A stretch of 64,000 nucleotides of DNA, from positions 64,001 to 128,000 of IMG/VR virus record IMGVR_UViG_3300027777_000023. The stretch is one strand, 5' to 3'. The translations under genes were made by a program, and so were the position numbers. Below the pieces are notes generated by a model, which was given only the letters and a program-made list of their open reading frames with translations, was not told the origin of the DNA and made no database searches. Origin of the DNA: a virus. The stretch's first letter is position 1; each line of letters starts with the position of its first letter. Positions 1-9,401 of this stretch are shown one piece after another.

Positions 1-1857
1 GACGGCATGAAGGCTGTCGCATTCTTTGACTCGCGCTTGTCGAAAGGTCTCGAGACAGGGATCAAGATGTTTACTAATTATGAGCCATACTATACAGCCT
101 TAAACAGAAAGCTGAAAGAGCACAAGCTCAGTAAGAGTGAGATGAGCAAGCTCAAGTTTCTAGAACCTGAGGTCTACTATCATTACTGTGCTGGTGACGC
201 AGTAAGTCACAGAGAAGCCTGCTTGCAAATGATGCACGCGTTCCCTGAGAATCTAAAAGACCATTACTATAAGACATATCTGCCACTGACTCACTATCTC
301 ACAGATATGGAGTTCACGGGTATACCTATCGATAAAAATGTGCTAGCAGACATTACCGATAAGTACACAGTCAAGTATGAAGAGCTAAAACAGGAGCTGA
401 TAGTGTTCTTGCGCGATCGCTTTGGTATTGAAGATTTTAATCCCAACAGCGCACCGCAAAAAAAGAGTCTTTTATTCGAGACTCTTCAGGTCACACCAGC
501 CTACTACACGAAAAGCGGCAAGTCTCCTAAAGCAAAAGCATGGTATGACAAACAAAAACCTCAAACGCAGAAGCTGTATGAGCCGAGCACAAACTCAAAG
601 TCAGTATCGACAATAAAGTTCCAGCTAGAGGAGCTTATAGAAAAGGATAAAACAGAGCTACCTGAGAACCGGAGAAATCCTGAACCTCTGGAGGCTGCAC
701 ACAAAGCACTAGGTCTATTACTTTCAGTAAGTCGCCTAGGTGTGTTTGCGACAAAGTTTCTGAGTAGAAAGGGTGTTGCCATTGATCCTGAGAGTGAACT
801 CGATGATGAGGATGAACCGCTCAAACAAAGCTACTGGGCAGCGATCAGTAATGATGGTAGAGTACATGCAAGCTTCTTTGAGTGTCTCAAGAACTTTAGG
901 GCCAGTAGTAGTCCGAACGTACAGAATCCTGCTTCAAAGGTTTTGGTACACATCCCAGATATTTTTGTTCCTGGATACAACAAACTAGACAAAGATCAGC
1001 AAAAAGAGGTAGAGCACCTGCTACCAAAAAACATCAGAAACATATTCTATTCAGGCGATCCTGACTATTACTTTGTTGAGAGTGACGTGCTAGGCGCAGA
1101 TATTTATATCATGGCTCTGTTGTCCGGCGACCCAGACTTTATTCAAGATTTTCGACAGGGTGGTTTTCACCAAACGAAAATGCGTGAATATTTTCAGGAT
1201 CCTGCGCTCACAAAAAAAGATGTGTCAAAGTATACTATATCAAAAGGTATTACTTTTCGTGTAAGTTATACTGCCGGATTAAAATTTGCTGCGGTACCTA
1301 TTCAGGCTGACATCTATGCCGAGAGCGGTCTCAGTGTGAAGCTAAGCACTATCGACTATGCACTAGGAACCTGGAATAGGTATAAAAGCTACATGGCGTT
1401 CAGGGACAGGTGTACCTCAGAGGTGCAGGAAAAGCAGCAAATCACCAACGCCAGAGGACAAATATTGAAGTATGAGGAAACAGATAATTTTGGTATTCTT
1501 GCTGGCTGGATGAATGAGAGTCTCGCCTATCCTGTGGCGAGCGAGCTTGCAAACTATATGTGGGATGCATCAGTGAATCTAAAGAAACTCCTCAAAAAGG
1601 AAGGACTTTGGATGCGTTATATATATCCCGTAAACACTGTGCACGATGCAGGATATTGGATTGTACACAAAGACCTATGTAAAGATAACTATATCGCAGA
1701 GGTGATCAAATACGCCATGTGTCATCAGACGAAAATTGCTACCGGAGACAATGTTGGCTGCGAAATCGTAGTATCAGATTGTTGGAAAGGTAAGAAAATA
1801 TTCGAGAAGGAAACAATGTGGTCTTTTGATCAGAAACAATGGATTTGGAAAGAATAG
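1..1857 (+). CDS. polA: Phage DNA polymerase, family A (5'-truncated by window edge)
   Basis: Frame open from position 1. Pol A motifs are divergent but recognisable: motif A (YFVESDVLGADIYIMALLSGD), motif B (ISKGITFRVSY), motif C (NTVHDA), plus the GRVHASF/SSSPNVQN region. Confidence 0.9.
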   Translation, partial: DGMKAVAFFDSRLSKGLETGIKMFTNYEPYYTALNRKLKEHKLSKSEMSKLKFLEPEVYYHYCAGDAVSHREACLQMMHAFPENLKDHYYKTYLPLTHYLTDMEFTGIPIDKNVLADITDKYTVKYEELKQELIVFLRDRFGIEDFNPNSAPQKKSLLFETLQVTPAYYTKSGKSPKAKAWYDKQKPQTQKLYEPSTNSKSVSTIKFQLEELIEKDKTELPENRRNPEPLEAAHKALGLLLSVSRLGVFATKFLSRKGVAIDPESELDDEDEPLKQSYWAAISNDGRVHASFFECLKNFRASSSPNVQNPASKVLVHIPDIFVPGYNKLDKDQQKEVEHLLPKNIRNIFYSGDPDYYFVESDVLGADIYIMALLSGDPDFIQDFRQGGFHQTKMREYFQDPALTKKDVSKYTISKGITFRVSYTAGLKFAAVPIQADIYAESGLSVKLSTIDYALGTWNRYKSYMAFRDRCTSEVQEKQQITNARGQILKYEETDNFGILAGWMNESLAYPVASELANYMWDASVNLKKLLKKEGLWMRYIYPVNTVHDAGYWIVHKDLCKDNYIAEVIKYAMCHQTKIATGDNVGCEIVVSDCWKGKKIFEKETMWSFDQKQWIWKE

Positions 1858-1858
1858 T

Positions 1859-2365
1859 ATGAGGACAGTCAGAGTATCAAATAAATATGACGTAAAAATA
1901 GATGAAGAAGATTACGAGAAGTTCTCTCCTGAGAAGTATACCTGGAATGTTCAGTTAAGGCGTGGTGGGCAAATCTATCGTGTGAGAGCAAATTACCGGA
2001 AAGCTCAGCAGGTAAAAGGTGGGAAGCATGCATTACTTCACAGATTGATTATGGGCGTCACCAACCCGAAAGTCGTAGTGGACCATATTAACCATGACCC
2101 GTTGGATAATCGAAAAGCTAATCTTAGGCTTTGCACATCAGCAGAAAACACGAGAAATTCTCGAACCTCAAAAAGCAAATCAGGCCTCAAGGGGGTACGA
2201 TTAAAACGCAAAAAATGGGAAGCGCGTATCACACACAACAAAAAACAAATATACATTGGTGCATTTGCAACACCACAAGCAGCAGCAGAGGCCTATGACA
2301 AAAAGGCAATAGAGTTGTTCGGGGAGTTTGCCTGCACTAATAAGATGTTAGGTAGACTAGAATGA
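1859..2365 (+). CDS. HNH endonuclease with C-terminal AP2 DNA-binding domain (free-standing homing endonuclease type)
   Basis: VVDHINHDPLDNRKANLRLCTSAEN (HNH_3 type) followed by SGLKGV..KWEARI..YIGAF..AAAEAYDKKAIELFGEFA (AP2). Start moved to the ATG at 1859, just after the polA stop. Confidence 0.9.
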   Translation: MRTVRVSNKYDVKIDEEDYEKFSPEKYTWNVQLRRGGQIYRVRANYRKAQQVKGGKHALLHRLIMGVTNPKVVVDHINHDPLDNRKANLRLCTSAENTRNSRTSKSKSGLKGVRLKRKKWEARITHNKKQIYIGAFATPQAAAEAYDKKAIELFGEFACTNKMLGRLE

Positions 2366-3081
2366 CGACCACAATTAAATTAACAAACAACAGTAAAGTA
2401 CGATTTCATAAAGCACACTACAACACTTTCAGCCTCACGCAAGGTCTTCCCGAGCATGGAGGATCTTGTCCGGGGGCTACCTGTGGAGAAGGTGGGTGTG
2501 TAGACGTTTGCTATGACTGCAATTTACGTAAGCTGTACAAGGCATATGCTGCGGTAGAGGACAAAAATTTTGATCTTGTTAAAGGTAAAACAAGAGAAGA
2601 ACTATATCCAATACTGAGCAATACCGTAATTGCCTGGAAGTTGACCCAGGGCAGTAAGAAACCCTATTTCAGGCTACACACCGGAGGAGACATGTATGAT
2701 GAGGAATACGCTTATGCGTGGGCCGCCACTATAGAAGAAAACCCAGATGTTCGTTTCTGGGCGTATACAAGATCATTGTTTGCTGTACCTATACTTGCCG
2801 AGCTAGATAACCTTACATTGTTCCTTAGCTGCGATCCTGTAAACAAGGACAGTGTGCTAAAGATGTATGAGAAATACAAACATCGTCCCAACGTAGCTGT
2901 TGCATGGATGGGAAATGATCCGTTAGAGTTAAATGACAGAGATATGCTGGTCTGTCCTGAAGTAACAAAAAAACTGAAAAATACCAAAGATATTGGTGCA
3001 TGCGCCAGATGCAGAGCATGCATAGATAGACCATTGAAGACTGGGAAGATACGACATATACAGTTCCCAATTCACCGTTAG
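2362..3081 (+). CDS. Gp88-like Cys-rich phage protein (radical-SAM-like)
   Basis: NTFSL..G..SCPGATCGEGGCVDVCY, YFRLHTGGDMY, FWAYTRS and C-terminal CARCRAC match the phage Gp88-like pattern as recalled. Confidence 0.65.
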   Translation: MTTTIKLTNNSKVRFHKAHYNTFSLTQGLPEHGGSCPGATCGEGGCVDVCYDCNLRKLYKAYAAVEDKNFDLVKGKTREELYPILSNTVIAWKLTQGSKKPYFRLHTGGDMYDEEYAYAWAATIEENPDVRFWAYTRSLFAVPILAELDNLTLFLSCDPVNKDSVLKMYEKYKHRPNVAVAWMGNDPLELNDRDMLVCPEVTKKLKNTKDIGACARCRACIDRPLKTGKIRHIQFPIHR

Positions 3082-3141
3082 AAATAAGTGTTCCCCCAGG
3101 AACAAAAGTAGAGTAAAATTAAACTAATAAAACAACACAAT

Positions 3142-3471
3142 ATGACCACTGAAAACAACAACTCCGCAGAAATCATCAACACAGCAGCAACAATCGCAAC
3201 TAACATGAACAAGTACACAGTAGAAATCGCAGACAACACCGGACACAGCACTTTCGCAGATCTCGACATCGAGACGGCGACCGAAAACATTCTCGCTAAT
3301 GCTGAGAAGAAAGCTCATTGGGTTTACATCAACGGCGAAAAGTTTGAGTTTGAAGGTAGCAATCATCGCAGCAAGGCAAACGTGCAAAAGCTTCAGCAGC
3401 AGCTGCAGGCTGTGGAAGATCCTAATATTCTTCTCACCGGCGTGCTTCGCGGCGGCGCAGCGCAGGAATAG
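3142..3471 (+). CDS. Ubiquitin-like (beta-grasp, ThiS/MoaD/Ubl) protein with C-terminal LRGG and a 4-aa extension
   Basis: Predicted beta-beta-alpha-beta-alpha-beta pattern (KYTVEIAD/HSTF/DIETATENIL/WVYING/NILLTG). Ends LRGG-AAQE (GG codons 3451-3456). JAB and ThiF genes lie downstream. Confidence 0.75.
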   Translation: MTTENNNSAEIINTAATIATNMNKYTVEIADNTGHSTFADLDIETATENILANAEKKAHWVYINGEKFEFEGSNHRSKANVQKLQQQLQAVEDPNILLTGVLRGGAAQE

Positions 3472-3537
3472 TTCTCATTCACCAGGCGTGAAAAGAGCAA
3501 CGGGTTCGTTCTAGTCTAGAGCGCGCCCAGCAAAACT

Positions 3538-3575
3538 AGCCCCTAGGGATTAACCTCTCTAGGGGCTTTTTATTT
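3538..3575 (+). terminator. Rho-independent terminator after the Ubl gene
   Basis: AGCCCCTAG (3538-3546) / CTAGGGGCT (3559-3567) stem followed by TTTTATTT. Confidence 0.8.
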
Positions 3576-3590
3576 ATATTTATTCTCTAT

Positions 3591-5771
3591 ATGAACTTTA
3601 ATTTACCTACATTTAAAAAAATCACAAAAGAGTTTGCAGAAGCAGCAAAACACGTAAAAAGCGCAGACGTCTCACTTGAAGTGAACAGACGACGCTATAA
3701 TGGTTGGGCAACGCCCGCAGCAGCCGCTGAAGAAGAGTACACATTAGCTTTGATGGATCTGCGGTTTAAGAACATCGATGCAATGTATCGGTACTGCAAG
3801 CACAAGAGTATTCCTCTCGACGGTTTGAATTGCGAGACATCAGCGTCTTTTGTTTTGAGTATATGTTCGCAGACTGTGCATGAAAGAAATCTTTGCCAGA
3901 TTTCCAGTGAGGACGCCAAAGAGTTTAAGTCGCTGAAATTACTGCCAGATAACACACCGCTTGAGCATCGACCCGTTCTGATAAAACGTACTCCATCAGA
4001 GACTACAGTAGGAAACTATACCTATCGTTTTTTAACAGGCTCAAAGAATAGTTGGAGCAGCAGCATCGATATTATTGGTCGGAATGATGAGCCATTGTAT
4101 GACTATCTGGACAAGGGGTTTTATGTTAAGTCTCTGGTTATCGCTAAAGGTACTACGAAGACGAATAGGGTTATTGTGTCGGACGTCTACGACGTAAATA
4201 CTGCGCATGTATTTGCTATGTGCAGCATCCATCCAATCCTAGCAGATATGCTCAGGCAAGGGAGCTTTATCAGCAGCTATGATGCAGAAATGCTTCGATT
4301 AAAGATGCTGAAAAAGATGCCTGAAGGTAAGAAGAAAGATTACCTGAAGGTCGCTGCAGCTATCGACACAGACTATCGCAACAATACAACATTGATTGTG
4401 GTGGGTAAGTTGATAGCTGGTGAGGCAGATAAAACCACAATCAACAATGTCACGTTCACAAAGAACTCTGCAACGTATGAAAATGTGAGCATTGAAGCTG
4501 AGGGGTTGCTTGATCTGGTGTACAGTTCAACTTCGTTCAACTTCAACAGTGAGTTCGATATCTATACTATTGTTGACCTGTATGGCAAGCACATCAGAGG
4601 TACACTAAAGCAGGATAAAGAGCCTGTGGAGACAAAGGCCGAAGGTGGACTAATTCTTGATGAGCATGTTGCTGAGTTGGAAGATCCACTGGCTGATGAG
4701 GAAGAAGACAATACTAAGAAGAAGCAGATGCCTGCATTCAAGGTGAACGGTATTGAGATCACACCCAGCATTAGCACTACCGGGCAACGCTATCTTAATG
4801 ACGTACGCATCAACAAGGAAGAAATAGATCAGGCCATCTATAGGGCAAGTTGCCACAAGACAGCGCATGACTATAAACTATTCCTGAAGTCAATCAGCCG
4901 TATGAGTATCAAATATCATGATATTATTGCGAACGGGTTGAAGGTAAAGATTCATGACTCGATGACACGGGACGAGATGCAAACTGTGGAACCTGGCCCA
5001 GCAGCCCCTGCACTCAAGTTCCATGTAGATCCAGCGGACAAGTATATCAAGATCTCTGTCACAGACGATCGCGGTGTACGAGTGAGCCTTGGCAGGCTTA
5101 TCGGTAAAATCAGGAACATCAATAAGAAAGCAAACGGTAAGCAGTATTACGATAAAGGCGCATATCACCCAAAATGGCGGAATCATGAATGGGCTCGTGA
5201 AATGCTGATCACTGCCTTGGTTGAATCCTGTACGTTTAAGACAAAAGTGTCTGAGACAGTTGTTGACGATCAAGGGGCTGAACAGATCAAAACTTCTGAG
5301 AGAACAGATGTATTGATTACCAGGGAAGACATCGTGGCCCTGATGGGTGTTGTTAATGAGCGCAAGAAAGCTGCTTTGGAAAGGTCCAAGCAATTTCTTG
5401 AAACAGCTGTAAAGATCACAGGAGCAGAACAGATCACGTTCATGGACAAGCCTGCATACAAGGTCAAGGGATCCTTGAGAGAATATGCTGTAGTTATTGA
5501 AACAGCAAAAGTGTACGACTATGAAACAAAACAGTATCGCTGTATTGTAAACAGTCAGCACTATGCAGGCACAGGCTATGACGACATCGCTGCAAGGTTG
5601 TTGGCACTGAAAAACGACAGCATGATGCAAAATGAGATTGGCACACTAGCAGGTGCAGCGCAGCCTGCTGCAGAGAACATACATAACGACTATGCGCCGT
5701 TGCGTGAAGTAGCTGTAAACCTAGAAGAAGTTGCATACAGCAAAGCAATCGAAAAAGCACTAGCGAGTTAA
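3591..5771 (+). CDS. 726-aa uncharacterised protein in the Ubl operon; C-terminal domain possibly E2/UBC-like
   Basis: Long intact ORF between the Ubl and JAB genes. The C-terminus has a helix, four short strands, YRCIV and the helix DDIAARLLALKND. Function is not established. Confidence 0.85.
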   Translation: MNFNLPTFKKITKEFAEAAKHVKSADVSLEVNRRRYNGWATPAAAAEEEYTLALMDLRFKNIDAMYRYCKHKSIPLDGLNCETSASFVLSICSQTVHERNLCQISSEDAKEFKSLKLLPDNTPLEHRPVLIKRTPSETTVGNYTYRFLTGSKNSWSSSIDIIGRNDEPLYDYLDKGFYVKSLVIAKGTTKTNRVIVSDVYDVNTAHVFAMCSIHPILADMLRQGSFISSYDAEMLRLKMLKKMPEGKKKDYLKVAAAIDTDYRNNTTLIVVGKLIAGEADKTTINNVTFTKNSATYENVSIEAEGLLDLVYSSTSFNFNSEFDIYTIVDLYGKHIRGTLKQDKEPVETKAEGGLILDEHVAELEDPLADEEEDNTKKKQMPAFKVNGIEITPSISTTGQRYLNDVRINKEEIDQAIYRASCHKTAHDYKLFLKSISRMSIKYHDIIANGLKVKIHDSMTRDEMQTVEPGPAAPALKFHVDPADKYIKISVTDDRGVRVSLGRLIGKIRNINKKANGKQYYDKGAYHPKWRNHEWAREMLITALVESCTFKTKVSETVVDDQGAEQIKTSERTDVLITREDIVALMGVVNERKKAALERSKQFLETAVKITGAEQITFMDKPAYKVKGSLREYAVVIETAKVYDYETKQYRCIVNSQHYAGTGYDDIAARLLALKNDSMMQNEIGTLAGAAQPAAENIHNDYAPLREVAVNLEEVAYSKAIEKALAS

Positions 5772-5773
5772 CC

Positions 5774-6199
5774 ATGAATTACATGAGCAAGGCCCTTGCC
5801 TCTGAGCTGCTTAAAGCTTCAGAGATCTGCAAGCATCGTGTAGAGGAAGAAGGCGGACTCATTCTCAATCGTGATGATGAGTTCGTCTTCGTTCCTGTAC
5901 AAAACATATACAAGGGAACACCAACAGCAGCCGGATTGTATGAGACAGAACAATCTGACTTTACTGGCAAGGTGTTCCCTTTGTTGAAGGAGGGCTATAA
6001 GTTCTATGCGAGCTTTCATACCCATCCTTCATTCAGTCCTAACCCTAGCGGACTAGACCTAAACGTCTTGTTCCAGGGATTTAAACATAACTACATCTAC
6101 GCACCAAGACCCGAAACCTTCAGCTATACAACCTGGGGAGTTGAGGACTCACAATTCACACAATACTTCAATCGTAACACACTATATGCCGTTCAATAA
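5774..6199 (+). CDS. JAB/MPN+ (JAMM) metalloisopeptidase
   Basis: Complete JAMM motif: E (EEGGLIL) ... H-T-H-x7-S-x2-D (HTHPSFSPNPSGLD). Confidence 0.92.
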   Translation: MNYMSKALASELLKASEICKHRVEEEGGLILNRDDEFVFVPVQNIYKGTPTAAGLYETEQSDFTGKVFPLLKEGYKFYASFHTHPSFSPNPSGLDLNVLFQGFKHNYIYAPRPETFSYTTWGVEDSQFTQYFNRNTLYAVQ

Positions 6200-6791
6200 A
6201 ATCGCAATCGTCGGAGCAGGCGGAATCGGAAGCAACCTGCTAGCAATCTTGTTTGACTATGGCTTCAATCGCAAGCAGTTCGACTATGCTAGTCTAGATA
6301 TTGATATTTGGGATAATGATGATGTATCAATCTCGAATCTTCTCCACCAGAACTTCAAGCTTGATGACATCGGTAAGTACAAGGTAGAAGTATTAGAAGA
6401 CAAGTATGCCGTTAATGGTGTCAAGAAGCGCATGACTGAGAAAGAGTTTAAAAAGTACGATCTCATATTCAGTTGTGTTGACAGTATGACGTTCCGTAAG
6501 GCATTGTATGAATATGGCTGGAAGAATGACTGGGCAAAGAGCAAAGACAAGTTCTGGATTGACGGTAGGTGCACAAGCAGGCAAGGTGCATTGTTTAATT
6601 CAGAGCTTCCCAAAGATCAATTGTTGCCCTACATTGATGACTCGGTGGAAGAAGGCGGCTGCTTGCTAGCATATGAGAAAGAACAAAATATTAGTCATAC
6701 GTTGCCAACAATTGTAGCAGGTATGATGGTGCAGACGTTCCTCAACAAGCTCAGAGGACAAAGAACGTTTAAAATGATCTTTATGGTCTAA
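6186..6791 (+). CDS. ThiF/MoeB/E1-like adenylyltransferase
   Basis: IAIVGAGGIGS, WDNDDVSISNLLHQ, KYKVEVL, FSCVDSMTFR, WIDGR and candidate catalytic Cys in EEGGCL. The ATG at 6186 overlaps the JAB stop. Confidence 0.92.
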   Translation: MPFNKIAIVGAGGIGSNLLAILFDYGFNRKQFDYASLDIDIWDNDDVSISNLLHQNFKLDDIGKYKVEVLEDKYAVNGVKKRMTEKEFKKYDLIFSCVDSMTFRKALYEYGWKNDWAKSKDKFWIDGRCTSRQGALFNSELPKDQLLPYIDDSVEEGGCLLAYEKEQNISHTLPTIVAGMMVQTFLNKLRGQRTFKMIFMV

Positions 6792-6794
6792 TAA

Positions 6795-7133
6795 ATGACA
6801 AACGAAAATCTATTTAAAAGGAAGCTTCGTAAAAAAACAGAGCATATAGCGAAAAACAAAGATGAAAATCAGCAGAAAGAAATTGCTGAAAAACATCTTG
6901 AAGAGACACTAGCCAAGCTGTGCGTGCAGTTGGATATAAGATTAGAAGAATGGGACATCAATAAGAAACTCTTCGAAGCTGTAGTCAAAAGTCGCAAAAT
7001 TGTAGGTAAGCGCGCCCAGCAAATCTGTGAGATGTATGACACATCCTATAGACTAGTAAAAAAGCTGGGATTAAAGGTAAGTTCAAAATATCGGTGGTTC
7101 ACAAACATTAACGAAATAACACAACAAAACTAA
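6795..7133 (+). CDS. Hypothetical basic protein
   Basis: Tightly packed ORF, 112 aa, no recognised motif. Confidence 0.7.
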   Translation: MTNENLFKRKLRKKTEHIAKNKDENQQKEIAEKHLEETLAKLCVQLDIRLEEWDINKKLFEAVVKSRKIVGKRAQQICEMYDTSYRLVKKLGLKVSSKYRWFTNINEITQQN

Positions 7134-7136
7134 ATT

Positions 7137-8171
7137 ATGGCCGTAATCAAACCCTCATTAAAATTCGAAGGCAGTGAGCTAAACATCTCTGCAAATCCAA
7201 CACCCTATATCAAGGAAGGCGTACGCAAAGCTATCTTTAATAAAAATACAAACCCAGATGGAGCATATCTCTATTTCTTGCCAGCCTACAAAGCCGACAA
7301 TGCCGGTAATGGTATCTGGTACAAGCGTGTCGTAATTCGCGACAACTTTGGCACAAACTTCAAGGAAAAGTATTTTGTTGCTGACCGTGGGCAGGACCCT
7401 GCAGAATATTTTGCAAACAATCATCGTTTGCTTTATCCAGAAGAAGCCAAGGTCGGCAAGCAAGACGTGAACGGTAAGCAATTTCCAAAGTACCCCAACT
7501 ATGGTCGTGCTACTGAGCGTGTGTTGTACAACGTGGCTTTTGCTCAAAACCTTGGGCTAGGTGCGCACCTATTGGATCTGCCTTTGCGTAACGGTGCAGA
7601 CCAGCTGATGAGCTGGCTAGATGGTCGTGATATCTCAGGCAACCGCCGCAATCCTATCAACGACCCTGAGCGCTGCGTTCCTGTGTTTGTAAAGCTGAAA
7701 CAAGACGCTGGCGCAAATCCTTGGGTAATTCAGGTTGAGAATAATCAACCAGTTGTGTTGCCTGAGCAATTAGCAGACAGCGATTATCTATATAACCTCG
7801 ACGAAATTCTTGTTCACAAGACAAAGGAAGAAATCATCAGCAAGCTTCGTGAGATGTTCTCTGTAGACATCTTTGACGACTGCATGAACGGTTATCCGGG
7901 ATTAACTCAAAAACCAGTACAGGGGTTTAAAGCAAAGCCTGCGTTAAAACAAGTAGACTATGATAACGATGATATTCCTGATATTGACTTTACACGTCCA
8001 ACTGTTCCTGTTCCAACAGCAGTACCTGCCTTGAATATTCCTAAAGCCACACTCACAGCACCAACAGCTGCGTTTAATGCTCCACCTGTAGCAGACCTTG
8101 GAAGCTTGCCGCCAAACCCTATGTCAGGCAAGATGAGCCGCGAAGAAGCACTGCGGTTCATTCAGCAATAA
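7137..8171 (+). CDS. Probable single-stranded DNA-binding protein (gp32-like)
   Basis: YLYFLPA..WYKRVVI pattern, low-complexity acidic/Pro tail, and position immediately upstream of RecA. Confidence 0.5.
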   Translation: MAVIKPSLKFEGSELNISANPTPYIKEGVRKAIFNKNTNPDGAYLYFLPAYKADNAGNGIWYKRVVIRDNFGTNFKEKYFVADRGQDPAEYFANNHRLLYPEEAKVGKQDVNGKQFPKYPNYGRATERVLYNVAFAQNLGLGAHLLDLPLRNGADQLMSWLDGRDISGNRRNPINDPERCVPVFVKLKQDAGANPWVIQVENNQPVVLPEQLADSDYLYNLDEILVHKTKEEIISKLREMFSVDIFDDCMNGYPGLTQKPVQGFKAKPALKQVDYDNDDIPDIDFTRPTVPVPTAVPALNIPKATLTAPTAAFNAPPVADLGSLPPNPMSGKMSREEALRFIQQ

Positions 8172-8178
8172 ATAAAAT

Positions 8179-9390
8179 ATGGATTTTGAATCATACATTA
8201 ACTCAATCAAAAAAGGATTCGGTAAGACGTTTAAAACCGAAGCAGTAAACCTCGATCTTAATACTGCCGACAAGGAGCTTCCTCCTACCGGTATTACTCT
8301 GGACAATCCACTTATGGAGTATGCATTCGACCGGCGCTTTATGGCGTATGGTCGTTGCTATCTTCTTTACGGCAAGAAAGGTTGTAGTAAAACTACACTA
8401 CTGTTTGATCTGGCCAAGACGTTCCAGAAAGCTGGTGGTAAGATGTTCTGGATCGAGACAGAGAATGCTCCAGACTTCAGATATATGGAACTGCAGGGTG
8501 TGGACCCTACAGGTGTCATCTATCACAATCCAAAATCGTTGGAAGAAGCCTTAACACTGTGCAAGATTACAATTGAAAACTACGCTAAGTTCTCAGATGG
8601 TAAGACCCCCATTATGGTGGCTCTTGATAGTATTGCTGGCGCTAGCACTGACTATGAGAGGGACCAGGACGTCATCGGCCAGACAAAGGTCGGCGAGCAT
8701 GCAAAGCTCATGAGCGCATTCTACCGGAATATTATTCCTTATCTAGAGTGCGAGAACATGGTGTTCGTGGCCACAAATCAGCTAAAGGAACAGATCGGCG
8801 GTATGACTGGGTTTGGTCAAGAAAAGCCTGAGGCACTGATTGGTGGTGAGGCGCAGAGATTCAACAGTACATATCAATTCAAAGTAGCCCGCATCAGGGA
8901 TAACCTTGAAGAAGATCACATGGGTGTGAAGCGCAAGTCTGGTAGTACTCATACCTTGACAGTAAAGCGTAATAAGCTTGGGCGTGAGGGTAACAGTCAG
9001 AAGGTCGAGTTCGATGTCCATATCAATGGAGGTATTGACTGGTACTCTCCGTTGGTGCGTATGTTGGGTGAGGGTTATACATCATTAGTTGGTAAGACTG
9101 GTGGCTGGTACACCTGGAAGACACCTGATACAGAGTTCGTTCTCGATATCGAAGGACAGCCTACAGCTGGTATAATCGACACTGAGAAGAAGTTCAGGGA
9201 GCAAGATCTGGCGCTGCTTATCAAAAATAGTATGGGAGCTAAAGAGATGGTACGTCAGGCCTTTGGTATTCCTGACATGCCTGCACCTGAGATTGAGCAA
9301 GAGATCGTGAAAACAAATAAAACCAAACGCAAGAGGACCTCTGAGTTGGAAGAGGAAGTGGTTGCGAAATATTCTCATGGTGAAGAATAG
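8179..9390 (+). CDS. recA: RecA/UvsX recombinase
   Basis: Walker A LYGKKGCSKTT, WIETE, Walker B VALDSIA, FVATNQLKEQIG, GGEAQRF, KRNKLG. Confidence 0.92.
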   Translation: MDFESYINSIKKGFGKTFKTEAVNLDLNTADKELPPTGITLDNPLMEYAFDRRFMAYGRCYLLYGKKGCSKTTLLFDLAKTFQKAGGKMFWIETENAPDFRYMELQGVDPTGVIYHNPKSLEEALTLCKITIENYAKFSDGKTPIMVALDSIAGASTDYERDQDVIGQTKVGEHAKLMSAFYRNIIPYLECENMVFVATNQLKEQIGGMTGFGQEKPEALIGGEAQRFNSTYQFKVARIRDNLEEDHMGVKRKSGSTHTLTVKRNKLGREGNSQKVEFDVHINGGIDWYSPLVRMLGEGYTSLVGKTGGWYTWKTPDTEFVLDIEGQPTAGIIDTEKKFREQDLALLIKNSMGAKEMVRQAFGIPDMPAPEIEQEIVKTNKTKRKRTSELEEEVVAKYSHGEE

Positions 9391-9401
9391 CCACTAAAAA
9401 G

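Noticed and set aside
3472-3537. Small structured RNA or riboswitch between the Ubl stop and the terminator
   Set aside because: Only a 6-bp pairing with G-U (GGCGTG/CGCGCC) was found, which is insufficient support.
1-9390. Inteins or introns in polA or recA
   Set aside because: No C/S..HN intein termini or LAGLIDADG motifs were seen, and both frames are continuous. The HNH-AP2 gene lies outside polA.
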